Shown here in pieces: positions 25,675-39,073 of a stretch of DNA of 64,000 nt; within the stretch, counting starts at the first letter, position 1; the number at the start of each line of letters is the position of its first letter. The notes beneath the pieces were generated by a model. It made no database searches. It saw nothing but the letters and a program-made list of their open reading frames with translations, and was not told where the DNA came from. The stretch is from Albugo candida. Taxonomy: Eukaryota. The position numbers and the translations under genes were made by a program. Location: NCBI GenBank assembly GCA_040437565.1, contig JBDOQK010000023.1, forward strand, positions 372,001 to 436,000. Direction: 5' to 3'.

Positions 25675-28600
25675 ATGGAACAGCCTTTCACCGTTCGACG
25701 AAGTACACAAGCGGATCAATTGGGAATTGCTGAGCTGGAAATTCCTGAAGCCTCTGTACGATCGAAGTTATTCGGCAAAGTTTCAACTGGTGCTCTGATA
25801 GAAACTTGCTCCCTCGCACTTACTGCAACAGATGTGCACAATCCCGATCGATTGTTGGGCTTTGTTGTATTCAATGACACTCCACTCGGTAAGCAGCACG
25901 AATGCACCTCTCCTTTTGCGAGATACTTGAATCACTATCGACAATTGCCGCCGGTACGAGGAATTCTCGTTGAACAAGTCACTGATCTCTGATCGATTGC
26001 CACAGGTCGTTTCCACGCTTTTCTTGACCTATTTTGCACGCAAAAAGTGTTCTTCCACGCAGAAATTTCCCATCCTCAGACACTTTCTAAGTGTTGCATT
26101 CCAAACCCTTCCAACCATCCTGCGGATATATTTCATGCTACCTTCCGTTCAGAATCTTGAGTCCCAGGAACCTATGCTTGCTTCGGTATTCGCTCGTTGT
26201 CAAACAAACGAGTCAATAGATGCTCCAACCGATTTTGATTTGTTTGAGGTTGCTCGAGATTCCATATTACCGTCGATTCGAGTCCGACAAGCCAACGTTG
26301 AAGATTGCGATGACCTGGAAGCTGTATTTCGTACCCAAAATGAAAAGCTTTTGCTCCAATTTGGCGATTATTACTTGGCATCTTTGATATCAAATCAAAA
26401 TGATCATGAAGTGTGTTTTGTAGCTGAAGCTACTGACACAAATCGAGCGGTAGGATTGCTTTCATTGACTTCGAATGTCGCTATAGAGGACTTGATCGAG
26501 TCATTTGACTTGACATCGTATCAGAAGAGTGTTGAGGAAGATGCATTCGGTATCTTACCACTGAAAATTATATTCTTTGGGCCGTCAGGCACTGGAAAAT
26601 CGACTCAATGTAAACACCTGATAGAAGCATTTGATCTGGTCTATCTTTCCATCGACGACATGCTTCGCGCAGTCATACAGAGAAAGAGTGATTTGGGTGA
26701 CCAAGCTCTAGCTAACATGGACTCTGGTCATCCTATTCCTGATACGCTTATGATCCAGCTTCTTTTGGAGCGTATGCAACAACGAGATTGTCAGGCACAA
26801 GGATGGCTTTTGGACGGGTATCCACTCACATTCCTACAGGCCGAATCGATGTTGATCCACGGAATCTTTCCCGACTTGATTGTACACATAGATGGTACAA
26901 ATGAGCAAGTGAATGAAATTAGTGCTGAAAGTCCCTTGGAACCAGTGATCGATGTGATGGGTCATTTAGAATCAAATCTGCCAGTATCTGATCCACTCGT
27001 ATTGAGCCATGTCATCAAGCAACCTGATGATCAAGAAGACATAGTTCAAGCTCGAACGACACAAATGAGACAAATAATCGAGTGTTTCACTGAATCTGGT
27101 ACGAACGTGCTGTCGTCTGATGCCTTTAAGGCGCTTCGAGGACCTCCAGCAAAATATTTCAGAGCTACTGGCAATGACAACGAGGTACACATGGCAGAAA
27201 GTATCGCTGAAATTGTCGATTCTGTGAAACAAAGCCAGCAATATCTCAATTGTGTCAACAAAAAGCTATTTCCTCCTCCGAGAATTATCATCATGGGCGC
27301 TCCAGCCAGCGGAAAAGGCACTCAGTGTCACTTATTGGTCGAACATTTTCAAGTTATTCACCTTTCAACAGGAGATATATTACGTGCCAGTATCCTGTCC
27401 AATGAGTCGTTGGGCTTGCAAGCCAAAGCGTACATGGATGCCGGAAGTTTAGTTCCAGATTCTCTCATTATCGACGTGATTTTGGAGAGGGTACGACAGT
27501 CAGATTGCATGACACGAGGATGGCTTCTCGATGGGTTTCCTCGCACAGAAGAGCAGGCTAAAGCGATGATTACGAGAAATATTATCCCAAATTATATATT
27601 CGTGCTTCAAGTGCCAGACGATCAAGTTGTGCGCCGAATTGCCGGTCGACGAGTCGATCCCGTGACAGGTCGAACGTATCACGTCGATTTTGATCCACCT
27701 GCAGATAAAACAGTTGCAGCACGTGTCATTCAACGAAGTGATGATACGGAGACCACAATTCGCTATCGCCTGGAAACGTATCATCAGCATGTTGAGGCGG
27801 TTTTAAGAGTCTTTCAAAACTTGGAAAATGACTCGTTGATGATTGTCACGGCCGATGGGATGCTTCCAGCCCGCGAAGTCGAGCAAACTTTCATTACTTC
27901 TATGTATAGCCAAATGAATTTTTTCCTGGAGGATGTAAAGACAAATTGGAGCGATCAAGCGCTAAACCCATTGCTTAAGTTTCATTCCAGCTTTTTTGCT
28001 ATATCAATGCTCTGTATCGACTCAAAGTATGACACTTGCTGTCTTCAGCTCCTACAGCGTGGTTTTGAGGCCTTCCCGTGCAAGAATTTCGCACTGTTGA
28101 CGCTACCATCAACATGCCCAGAGCCGAGCGTTTTGAGCATGTTCACAATCGTTCCGGCAAAGTCATTATCATCTTCAAGTATCTTGTATCTTATGTCTCG
28201 GGGAGTGCTGTCTTATTTTATGTCATTTCGCAGCCCAGATACCCCTTACACGGCGATTTCGCTGGAGCGTTATAGTACGACCGATCTTGATACTTTGATC
28301 GATAGAAACAATGTTTCAAGTTCTGCTTTATTGGCGCCATTCGTGCAAAGTTTGGATCCTTTTGCTCGAGCATATATTTTTGACGAGTTTTTGGCGATCA
28401 AAGAAGACGTGGATGTCGTCATAAGTGACGGTCCGAGTCATCTTCTTTTCCTCATTGTTGAAACAACAAGCGATCAATCCACTTGTATTGGTTATTTGTC
28501 ATTGACTCGGCGAGGTTTGTCGGATCGATTCAATGCCTCCGAGTTGAAAGAGCACTTTGTTCTTGATCCAACTCTCCTCGTTACGAGGTATTATCGAATC

Positions 28601-30697
28601 GCTTCTATGGATCAGCTTGTTCTGAGTCAATTTGTACTAAAGCCAATGTATGCAAAATGCGCCGGATTTATCATGCAGGAAGCCATGCGAATATGCCGCA
28701 AAACGTGTTTCTTTTATCCAGTCTGTGGTCACGACGCACTCAAATCAAAGCTCATGAACGGTTCCCGTGACATCCTTTTCCAGCAATTCCCATTTCCGAG
28801 CCCACGACGTCGAATACAGTCGCCAGAAGAGCTAAACGATAACCGGATGGATAAAGGAATGGACATATTTGGTTTGATTGTAATGACAAAACGACTCTTT
28901 TCCGAGCGTAAAGTCATCGTCAACCACCGAATAGTGATTGTTGGTGTATCAGATACTTCCATCGCGATGTTGGAGAAGTTGGTGACAATTCCCTATCTCT
29001 ATTTTACAAACATAACACTTGTGTCGCCAAATGGGCTGGAAGTCGCAGGACAGGGCATCTCCTCTGCTAATTTCGTTCGTAGAAGCCTATTCACTCGCTC
29101 GCAAGTAGCCCGGCTTTGCTTGGAAAGGTTTCTACGCGTGTCATCGAGTAAAGTTGTGCGGATTGACCGCGTTTCCAAAGCGGTTTTACTCTCGGATAGA
29201 TCGATCATACCTTACGACTCGTTGATTCTCACGACAGGCTTACAGGACCAAACGTGCCATGCCTTGGGTTATTCGTCTTCTTTGGACGGAGAGCGTTATG
29301 TGGCGCCGAAAATTCCGTCCAAAGTGTATCCACTGAATGGTGTCTTATGTGCACAATCATTAGAAAGACTTTTGGCTCAAGACGTTGCGAGTCAGAAATT
29401 TGTTGTATTTGGAATGAGTTGGTTAGCCATAGAAGTGCTCCAAAAGCTGCTTGAGACTCATATTCCAGGATCTCATATCATTCATGTGGCACCAAATCCA
29501 CTGGCAAGCAAATTCGAAGACGCTAAAGTCCGAAGCGAATTAGAGAAGCATTTGAAAAAACAGCAAATTGCCACAATGTACAATAAGAGAATTGAGAAAC
29601 TGATTCTAATGGACGATACGCAAAGTCTTCGTGGTGTTCAGTTAATTGACAGCGATGTATTCTGTGGTGACTCAGAGACATCACCAAAGCCTATGAGTGA
29701 GATTTCGGTGAATGTTGAATGCGACGTGCTCATTTGCTGCCAGGACAGTGAAGTCGATGTCGATATATTTCGAGCTATCCACGATTGCGGATTGGTGTAC
29801 GACGGCCGTTTGGTTGTAAATAGCGATTTTTGCACCTCTGACAATAGTATTTTTGCTGCTGGTCCAATGGCTCGTTTTTCGAGACGTTTTACCGGTCTGA
29901 AATCAATGCAATATTACAATTCCAAAGAATGTGGCCAATTGATATCGAATGCTCTACGCGATCGACTCGATCCATTTGCAGTCAAAGCACCTCCACCAGA
30001 GTCTCTCACAACCAAATTGTGTCGAAATACTTTGAAAGAAGCAATTCAATTACCGCCTGTGATGCGAATGCCTGTGGTGAAAATAGCTCGTGTGTTAGGA
30101 AATCAATTACTTGTGGAGATAAGCGCACCCCAATTGATGAATGCGCTTCAGCTACAGTCATTTCCAACAGAGTATTGTTGTGACGAATCTGCCTCAGAAA
30201 AGCAGAGCCAATGTGTACGTTATGTGAATTTGATGACCGATTCTCTCGGTTTTGTACAGCGATTGTTATATTTGGGCAATGACACAGCTTTGGAATGTCA
30301 GAATTTGGAGTGTTTTGTAGGCTTACACGAGTCGTATTTAAACAGTATGAAAGAATCGTATTTGAATGGATTCATTCGCGATTGGATTCAATTTTTACGT
30401 GAGAAATGGGCTGTTGCTTTATTATACGACCAATTCAATGATCTGCAGCAAGCACTACGCGCGCTACTGGCGAAAGAAGACACAATGCAGCCATTAATTC
30501 AAGGAATGCTTCAAGTTTATTATCAGACCAAAGATCTCACTGCAGTGGAAAAGGTAGTACAAGAATGCGTCGGAAGAGCGGGAAAGAACCTGCAGCCAAA
30601 CATGAAGAAAATGCTGGAAGCTCGCGTGATGACATTCTTAAGCCAACATCGTGACATTTTGGACATGTACTTTGTTCCGAAAAGGAATGCGACCTAA
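25675..30697 (+). CDS. CFAP61: CFAP61-like cilia/flagella protein with two inserted adenylate kinase domains; exons 25675-25953, 26006-30697; ~1656 aa
   Basis: CFAP61 N-domain motifs (RQANVEDCDDL..F, FGDYYLA.LI, FAISMLCID, FP..NF.LLT.P); C-terminal FAD/NAD-binding-like region (VNHRIVIVGVSD, YDSLILTTGLQ, LVYDGRLVV, LGLHE-like GLHESYLN); two AK P-loops GPSGTGKST and GAPASGKGT; 52-nt intron. Confidence 0.85.
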
Positions 30698-30873
30698 CTT
30701 GCTAACAAACCACAGTTATGTTTCGCGTGGTATCATGCAACTCTGTGAAATGAGAGACTCTACCAAACGAAATTATTACTAACGGGATCTTTGCGTCCAA
30801 CAACAAAAAATCCGCAATTCACGGATATTACAAATTCAGGAGTCGTATTGTCCCAATTTGATAGATCCAAAGA

Positions 30874-32364
30874 ATGGATACGCCTTTTGAAATGACAATA
30901 TGCTGCATGGGCGCTGGGTACGTCGGTGGTCCAACTATGGCAGTGATCGCTAGCCAGTGTCCGAATGTCAAAGTTGTTGTTGTCGATGTCTCTACTTTGC
31001 AGATCGATAAATGGAACAGCAAAGATCTTCCGATATTTGAGCCGGGTCTCGACGAACTCGTAAAGTCGCGTCGCGGGAAAAATCTTTTCTTTTCGACGGA
31101 AATTGGCAAATATATCAATGAAGCGGAATTAATATTTGTGTGCGTCAACACTCCTACAAAACAAAGTGGAATTGGTGCCGGCGCAGCTGCTGATACGAAA
31201 AACTGCGAAGCTTGTGCTCGAATGATTTCCAAGGAAGCCAAATCCAATAAGATTGTCATTGAGAAATCAACAGTTCCTGTGAGAACGGCAGAGAGCATTC
31301 GCGCAGTATTGGATGCCAATGAATCGGGTTTGCATTTTGAAGTTTTGAGTAATCCAGAGTTTCTAGCGGAAGGCACAGCGATTCAAGATCTACAAAAGCC
31401 CAGCCGAATATTAATTGGTGGTTCCGAGACAGAATCAGGTATCAAAGCGGTCGAAAGGCTCGTCTGGATCTACGAGCACTGGGTTCCACGAGGTAAGCAT
31501 TACCTTCATACAGTCGATGAAATAGAGTGATTTCATCAATGGATTCTAGATCAGATCATCACTACCAATGTCTGGTCGTCCGAATTGAGTAAACTAGTTG
31601 CAAACGCATTCTTGGCCCAACGCATTTCCAGCATCAATTCCATCTCTGCCGTCTGTGAAGCCACCGGTGCGGATGTCTACGAAGTCGCAAAAGCTGTTGG
31701 AACGGATGAACGCATCGGTTCCAAATTTCTTAATTGCTCTGTCGGTTTTGGTGGGTCCTGTTTTCAGAAAGATATCTTAAACCTGGCGTATCTGGCGCAA
31801 TCCTTCAATCTACCAGAAGTAGCGGAGTACTGGCGCGCGGTGGTGACTATGAACGAATATCAAAAAAGTCGGTTTGCATCCACAATGATTCATCGAATGT
31901 TCAACACCGTGACAAACAAGAAAATATGTGTTTTTGGTTTTGCGTTTAAAAGAGACACAGGCGATACGCGAGAGTCCCCCGCAGCGGCAATCATACGCTA
32001 TTTATTGGAAGAACGCGCACAAGTGAGTGTATTCGATCCTCAAGTGAAACCCGAAGACCTCATGTCGGAACTCGCATATCAAGGTGTGAGTGAACGCACC
32101 CATCCAGATTTCACAAAGTATTTGACGATCTCATCGGATCCTTATGAGGCTTCCAGCGGTGCTCATGCTATCGCCGCATTGACTGAATGGGACATGTTTT
32201 CGACGCTAGATTATGGGAGAATATACGAAAGTATGATGAAGCCTGCTTTCTTCTTCGATGGACGCAACATACTCCCGCATAAAGTGTTGCGAGATCTTGG
32301 TGCAAAAGTGTATGTCATTGGACGAGCACAAGCGATTAATCGTCGACTGTCTTTTTCAAAATAG
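30874..32364 (+). CDS. UGD: UDP-glucose 6-dehydrogenase; exons 30874-31492, 31550-32364; ~477 aa
   Basis: [51 protein letters not shown]; 57-nt intron. Confidence 0.97.
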
Positions 32365-32829
32365 TAGCGCTTTGATGCGACGTAACACTGTAAATGGATG
32401 TAAAACGTATGTTCTTTCTGCGAATCTGTTTCCAACGTGTCAACAGATCTCAGTNNNNNNNNNNNNNNNNNNNNNNNNNNNNNNNNNNNNNNNNNNNNNN
32501 NNNNNNNNNNNNNNNNNNNNNNNNNNNNNNNNNNNNNNNNNNNNNNNNNNNNNNTGACTGAATGGGACATGTTTTCGACGCTAGATTATGGGAGAATATA
32601 CGAAAGTATGATGAAGCCTGCTTTCTTCTTCGATGGACGCAACATACTCCCGCATAAAGTGTTGCGAGATCTTGGTGCAAAAGTGTATGTCATTGGACGA
32701 GCACAAGCGATTAATCGTCGACTGTCTTTTTCAAAATAGTAGCGCTTTGATGCGACGTAACACTGTAAATGGATGTAAAACGTATGTTCTTTCTGCGAAT
32801 CTGTTTCCAACGTGTCAACAGATCTCAGT
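32180..32829. repeat. Gap-flanking duplication of the UGD 3' end (32180-32454 = 32555-32829)
   Basis: 275-bp copy across N-run 32455-32554. Confidence 0.9.
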
Positions 32830-33360
32830 GATCCAATATGTCGGGTGACAGATCTTTTCGGGGCGCGAATGCATGTGAATGGAACTCAATTATTATAGCA
32901 AATCAATAATTTTTCTGACAAATAAACCAATCACATACGCTTTGAATGAAAGTATTTTTTGTGGTCTCAGCACACATTCGTCAACCGTCCGATCAGGTGC
33001 ACTCTTTTCGTGTGCGCCCATTCTGTCGAATCACGTCTCTATATACGCGTACACATAAAAGTCGACCAAATGGTTCCATCCTCTCGCTGCTGTATTTATT
33101 TACTAACAATGCGCTTTTCTTCACATTTGCTAAACTTTCCTACACCTTCCCCTCTATCATTTTCAATCAATCAAATATGATCTCTGCGAGCTTTCATTGT
33201 GTATGCAACCCAAAAAGTCGTTTGTTGCATTTGGGCGTTATTAAAGGCAAAAGAGTATCACTATAGAGAGCATCGTGTAGTGCACGTGCAGTGTCATCGT
33301 TGCATCGCCCTATTAATAGATACTTTATGTGTCAATAATTCAAATTGCAAGCTTTGCGTA

Positions 33361-36300
33361 ATGATTTTTCAAGTAATTCGAGCCGAAAAGCTGGCCGCTG
33401 CGGATACATCCGGCAAAAGCGATCCTTTTGTCAAAGTCTTTTACGACACCAAAGAAATCGGTGTGACAGCGCGTGTAAAGCGAAATCTCGATCCGAAATG
33501 GGATCATACGTTTTCAATCGCTCTGCAGCCCGACGGACCGATGTATGTCGTGCTCCATGTCTTTGATCACGACGATATTGGCAGCAATGAGCTTCTGGGC
33601 ATGTTACGTGTCCCGTTTCCAGCATGGACAGATGAAGACGATAAAAAGTTAGCCGCTGGAAGCTCTACAATTTCGAACGATAAGGATAACGACACTCACA
33701 AGCAAGACGGTACAAATCGACGCCTTTGCACGCTATCGCCATCGAATCGAGTGTTTCAGAATAAGCGAAAGAAATCAGACGCACATCGTCGAACTCATTC
33801 ATTGACGAGTGGATTTACCAATTCAGAAGCTCATACGCCTAAAGCTCAATCACAAGAGGAAGCACGAGAAGATATTACCAACGAGTACGAAAGCGATCCA
33901 TCGAGCATCCGTCGTATTTATTCGCGTAGGAAGAAATTTGCAAATACGATTCATTCCAAATCGTACGAAAATGAAGTTGTTTGCTCAAAGACGTATATCT
34001 GGTCTTCTGTGCTTCGAGGTTCGACTGCCAAAGGCCGAATTCTCTGCTCTATTCAGTTCGAATCGAAAGACTATATTTCTGTTGGCTCCCAACCGTACAA
34101 AACAGATATACAATCGATATTCATCCCCGAGAACCCAAGATTTCAACAAGTATATATGCATCTTCCAAGCCATTGGAATCCTGAAATTGAGCCTCAGAAT
34201 GGTCGGAATGCATTGGAAGCCGCGTGTCCATTCGATTGCGTGTTCCCGTGGCATGAAAAGATCTTGTACATGATTGAAGAGATATCGGTCACATTTCACA
34301 TCAACGAGCTCAATCAAGGCGTCCTGGCGACTATGGTTCTGACAAACTATCGAATTTGGTTTGTGCCGTACCAAAAGACCAAAGGACTGACGCATGAAGA
34401 TGTCCACACCATTTCAGTCGGAAAAATTGCTAAAGCCACTTTGAGTATGAAGAAACGAAGTAATAATCATATTATCACAGAGCTTGTACTGGAAAACATG
34501 GACGCTGGTGAATATCGTATCACATTGTCACCACTCTTCCGATTTCGAGATTCCGTTCGTGATCATTCACGAGAAGCTGAGATCAAGCGTTCAAAGCATT
34601 TGCAACATATCGTCAATGAGATTGAATGGCTTCGTTTGGAGAATTCGTTCTTTGCTCCGTTCGATCTGACGCATAAATTTGTAGGAGAGAATGGTGGGAA
34701 GCTGATGGATGAGATTATGGAGAAGCTGGAAGGTCCGGGAAATCAATTCTCGCAGCAGAACCACCAGGAAGACGACTCTATGGAACAGTTGCTTGACACC
34801 AAATGGACGAAACATAAAACAACAACACGAAATTCATATCCGTTGAGCACTCGACGACGAATTCGATACGATTTCGAGTCTGAATTCCAAAGACAAGGCG
34901 CTTTTGATCATCCGAGATGGCGCGTTTGTGCTCTGAATCGGTCTTATGGTCTCTGTCCATCGTATCCGAGTTTTCTTATGGTTCCATCGAGTCTCCAGGA
35001 TGAGCAAATCAAGCAAGCCGCGATGTTTCGAAGTAAATTTCGGTTTCCGGCTCTTACGTGGCTTCATCGCCGTACAGGAGCTCCTCTCTGTCGGAGTTCA
35101 CAGCCAAACACTGGCGTTCTTCGAAGTACCAATAGCTACGACAAAGAACTCATTTGGGCAATTCGAGACGCCGCATTGCCGATAACAAAGTGCCAAAATG
35201 ATACGAATGCCGTTCCAAAAAAGACATTCATACTTCAGATTGTGGATGCTCGTCCGGAAATCAATGCTAAAAGCAATGCTCTGACCGGCAAAGGATATGA
35301 ATCCGTCAAGCAGTATGACCGTCAGGGAACTGCAACTGCTTGTATCACTTTCATGGGCATTGATAACATTCACGTCGTACGAAACTCATTCACGCTCTTA
35401 GCACAAGCTCTTTACGACGTAGAAGATTCGAATTTCTTCAATGCGATCCAAAAGTCAAGATGGCTTGAACATGTTTGCAGTATTTTGCAAGGCGCCATCG
35501 AGGTCGCGACTCACTTGGAACGTGGAGAGCCCGTTCTCGTGCACTGTAGCGATGGATGGGATCGTACAGCTCAACTCTGTTCGTTGGCTCAAGTGATGCT
35601 GGATCCATACTATCGTACGATGGAAGGATTCGCCATTTTGATTGAGAAAGATTGGTGTTCATTCGGTCACATGTTTCGTAAACGTTGTGGCCATCCGACT
35701 TCGGATCAGAGCTCGCCGATTTTCTTACAATTTTTGGATGCAATGTACCAATTGCTGGTCCAATTTCCAATCCATTTTCAATTCAATGAGCTATTCCTTT
35801 CAATGATTGCCGAAGCCGTGTACTCTTCGTGGTTCAACACCTTTCAGATGAATTCCGAACGAGAGCGTCAAGTTGTCATCGGATTAGTACCGAGTTTGAG
35901 TGTTTGGGACATACTGCGAGCATCCACGGACAAGTATCGGAATCCTTTGTATCAAGAGCTTGCTTCGAGTCCATTACAGTCGTCTTCGCTCTCGACATCT
36001 TCGATCATATTTCCAGTGTGCAGAGTTCGATCGATGCAATTGTGGTGTTCGCATTATCAAAAAGCCATTGGACATATGCGCGTGCAACAGCGGGAAATAG
36101 AGCTTCTCGCGTTATTACAACAACAAGACCAGCAATTATCGCTCATTTTTGAAGTGCTGACGCTGGAACAACGCATTAAGTTGCGGATGCATCAGCTACA
36201 ATCGGATATCGCTAAAGCAAAAAGAAATCTTCCACAAGTTGTCATGCCGTCTCGATCGGATAGTCTCAAAACAATCGAAACGGAGCCCAAAGATGCCAAA

Positions 36301-38204
36301 TTGCTCCGTGAAAGGTCCAATTTTGCAGCGTTAAAAGTCCATAAGGAGGCTCCAACGAGTCGGAGTAAGAGTGGAAGGCGTCAAGCACGCAAACCAGCAT
36401 TTTCGATGGACTTTTGCGATTTACAAAGCACACAATCGAATAAGCATATTGAACACTCCATTGAGACAAAAGAGAACGGTGGGATCGGTCGAAAATCTCG
36501 TCAGGAAGCCTCCAATATCGCCAATTTACCAAATGCTCGAAGACGACGATCAGCAGCGCGTAATCGAAGCAATAGTATGCGTCTCAAAAAAGGGCTACTA
36601 AGCTTTATTGTCGGTGGATCGAGCCATTCCAAAGATGCCAAACAAGAATTCGTGCAGAACGGAGTCAAAGAAGTGCCAAAAGAGCCGAATTGGCCACACT
36701 TGCCGTCTACTGCGAACGATACGACACCAAAACTTTCATCCGTGTTACCCGCCTCAACGGGACTTTCACCACCTTCTTCATCGTCTTCAAGCAATCAGAA
36801 TAAACACTGTGAAGGACTGAAAGAAGAAATGCATTTCTTGGAGGATCAGTTGGCATTTCTTCATTCAGNNNNNNNNNNNNNNNNNNNNNNNNNNNNNNNN
36901 NNNNNNNNNNNNNNNNNNNNNNNNNNNNNNNNNNNNNNNNNNNNNNNNNNNNNNNNNNNNNNNNNNNNCGTGAAAGGTCCAATTTTGCAGCGTTAAAAGT
37001 CCATAAGGAGGCTCCAACGAGTCGGAGTAAGAGTGGAAGGCGTCAAGCACGCAAACCAGCATTTTCGATGGACTTTTGCGATTTACAAAGCACACAATCG
37101 AATAAGCATATTGAACACTCCATTGAGACAAAAGAGAACGGTGGGATCGGTCGAAAATCTCGTCAGGAAGCCTCCAATATCGCCAATTTACCAAATGCTC
37201 GAAGACGACGATCAGCAGCGCGTAATCGAAGCAATAGTATGCGTCTCAAAAAAGGGCTACTAAGCTTTATTGTCGGTGGATCGAGCCATTCCAAAGATGC
37301 CAAACAAGAATTCGTGCAGAACGGAGTCAAAGAAGTGCCAAAAGAGCCGAATTGGCCACACTTGCCGTCTACTGCGAACGATACGACACCAAAACTTTCA
37401 TCCGTGTTACCCGCCTCAACGGGACTTTCACCACCTTCTTCATCGTCTTCAAGCAATCAGAATAAACACTGTGAAGGACTGAAAGAAGAAATGCATTTCT
37501 TGGAGGATCAGTTGGCATTTCTTCATTCAGAAATGGGTAACAAAGAAGAAGAAGCATGCGAGCGCTTACGAGCATTTCGTTGCTACAATTATAACATTCC
37601 GGAAAGCGCTCTCGTGGGTCATGACGTCTTATCTCCATCGCGTTCGTTTGCCACATGGAATTACGAGCGCCGAGACCGCTGGAATATTCTTCGTCGAAAT
37701 AGTGAAGACGCCACCAAGAGAAAAGAGCGACAATCTTTCATCCCACGAGCAAAACGAGGTCGTCGACGTGGCCGTTTACGTAGTAATAGCTGGAGCAGCG
37801 TCGCTGCATTTTCACCAAATGAACTCAACGAACCTCGCGAGTTGGAGAAGAAAACGCTTGGATCAAAGGTTGAGACCGCAGAACGCGACACACCTTCCGA
37901 TTCATTCCAGTCGAGAAATCAAATGACACCCGGAAGTGTTCCCGTCCTCACTTCCAAGCAAGTTGTCACCAACAACACTGTGTTTCGTGGATCTCAGCCG
38001 ATTTGGGAGCGAGATGGCGATGCTACTTGCTGTAAACGCTGTAAGAAGAAGTTTAAGACCTTTTATCGTGGTCGACATCATTGTCGGTGTTGTGGGTATG
38101 TGTTCTGTGGGCGCTGTACGAGCAATCGAATGAATTTACCCGAGTTTGGGTATTACGATGTCGTCCGCGTTTGTGACGTCTGTTACGATTTCGGCGAAGG
38201 ATGA
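33361..38204 (+). CDS. C2 + PH-GRAM + myotubularin phosphatase + coiled coil + FYVE protein (~1390 aa after removing the artefactual duplicate 36869-37530; 5' end uncertain)
   Basis: C2: IRAEKL.AAD..GKSDPFVKV, LDPKWD, VFDHD.IG.NELLG. GRAM: G.LVLTNYRI.F. Phosphatase: HCSDGWDRT active site. FYVE: WERD..C..C..F..RHHCRCCG.VFC..C..VRVC..C. ORFs 33199 and 37068 share frame once the 662-bp gap+duplicate is removed. Confidence 0.9.
36307..37530. repeat. Gap-flanking duplication (36307-36868 = 36969-37530) inside the myotubularin gene
   Basis: 562-bp copy across N-run 36869-36968. Confidence 0.9.
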
Positions 38205-38266
38205 GGGACAAAGACAAAGAGAGAGTCCAATACGATGAAAGGATCACCACTCAGGGTATTTGCTCC

Positions 38267-39073
38267 TCAATTGGACAAGTCTTGGACGGTACAAGGAATT
38301 GCAAAACTCAATGGCTCTGATTCACTTTGGCTGCATGTAATCGGATCAAGGCTGTACTGGACGTAATATACGCGTCGACAGGAATCGGTTTGATTGGGAA
38401 AGGATGCATGCCAAACGTCTGATCGGAATATGACAATTGTGCCGATATCGATACTGGCAGGGATCATCGAAAGCTGTTCTAAAGTGTCAAAGTCAAATTT
38501 CTGCGGCGTTTTTGAGATTGGCACTAATTCGATTGCACCATTTTCTTTAGTGATAGAGTCCAGTGCACACCATACGGAGAAATACGGACGAATGGATGCC
38601 CACGACGGAATCATTGCAAGCTGTTTCTCATCATCTCGATGCCAGCCAAATTTGCTATCGGATTGTGGAGGTTTGACGATGTAATGATCATTGAAGAGAT
38701 ATAAAATGGAACAAGACATCAAAGTGCTGAGTATCGACGGTAATCTTCGGAAGATCAGTGATTCCCATACGTGCCAGCTTTTCAGTGGAGCATACATTCC
38801 CGACAGCACAAATTGCTGTCTGCGTGCTTTAGAGAATGCATCACAATCGAACCTCTCTTTTGCGTCGTCTTGTATTGGATACGACGCCATGAGATCAATT
38901 ACACAATCTTGATGCTCTAATTGCTCAGTGGTGAACGCACTTCGCAGCAAAACGGATTCCAACCGCAGATGCTCCACTTCTTCTTCTGTCAAAGCATTCG
39001 GAATCGTGACAAACCCATTTTCCTCTAACAAATGTCTCCATGTTGCAAAGTCTCTTACATTGATTTCTTTCAT
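38267..39073 (-). CDS. Phytanoyl-CoA dioxygenase (PhyH) family Fe(II)/2OG dioxygenase, ~268 aa
   Basis: NGFVTI.NAL, YIVKPP, WHRD (HxD), SVWCALD..TKENG, WHAS.PN....RR. Start placed at ATG 39073 because the longer ORF overlaps the F-box gene. Confidence 0.85.
   Translation of the reverse strand: MKEINVRDFATWRHLLEENGFVTIPNALTEEEVEHLRLESVLLRSAFTTEQLEHQDCVIDLMASYPIQDDAKERFDCDAFSKARRQQFVLSGMYAPLKSWHVWESLIFRRLPSILSTLMSCSILYLFNDHYIVKPPQSDSKFGWHRDDEKQLAMIPSWASIRPYFSVWCALDSITKENGAIELVPISKTPQKFDFDTLEQLSMIPASIDIGTIVIFRSDVWHASFPNQTDSCRRVYYVQYSLDPITCSQSESEPLSFAIPCTVQDLSN

Noticed and set aside
30828-31376. 182-aa antisense ORF (and similar shadow ORFs over CFAP61, MTM, IFT81, MCM3)
   Set aside because: Antisense or alternate-frame shadows of conserved genes with no motifs
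32555-32739. Second partial UGD copy
   Set aside because: Exact gap-flank duplicate
37068-38204. Stand-alone FYVE protein
   Set aside because: In frame with the myotubularin ORF once the duplicate is removed
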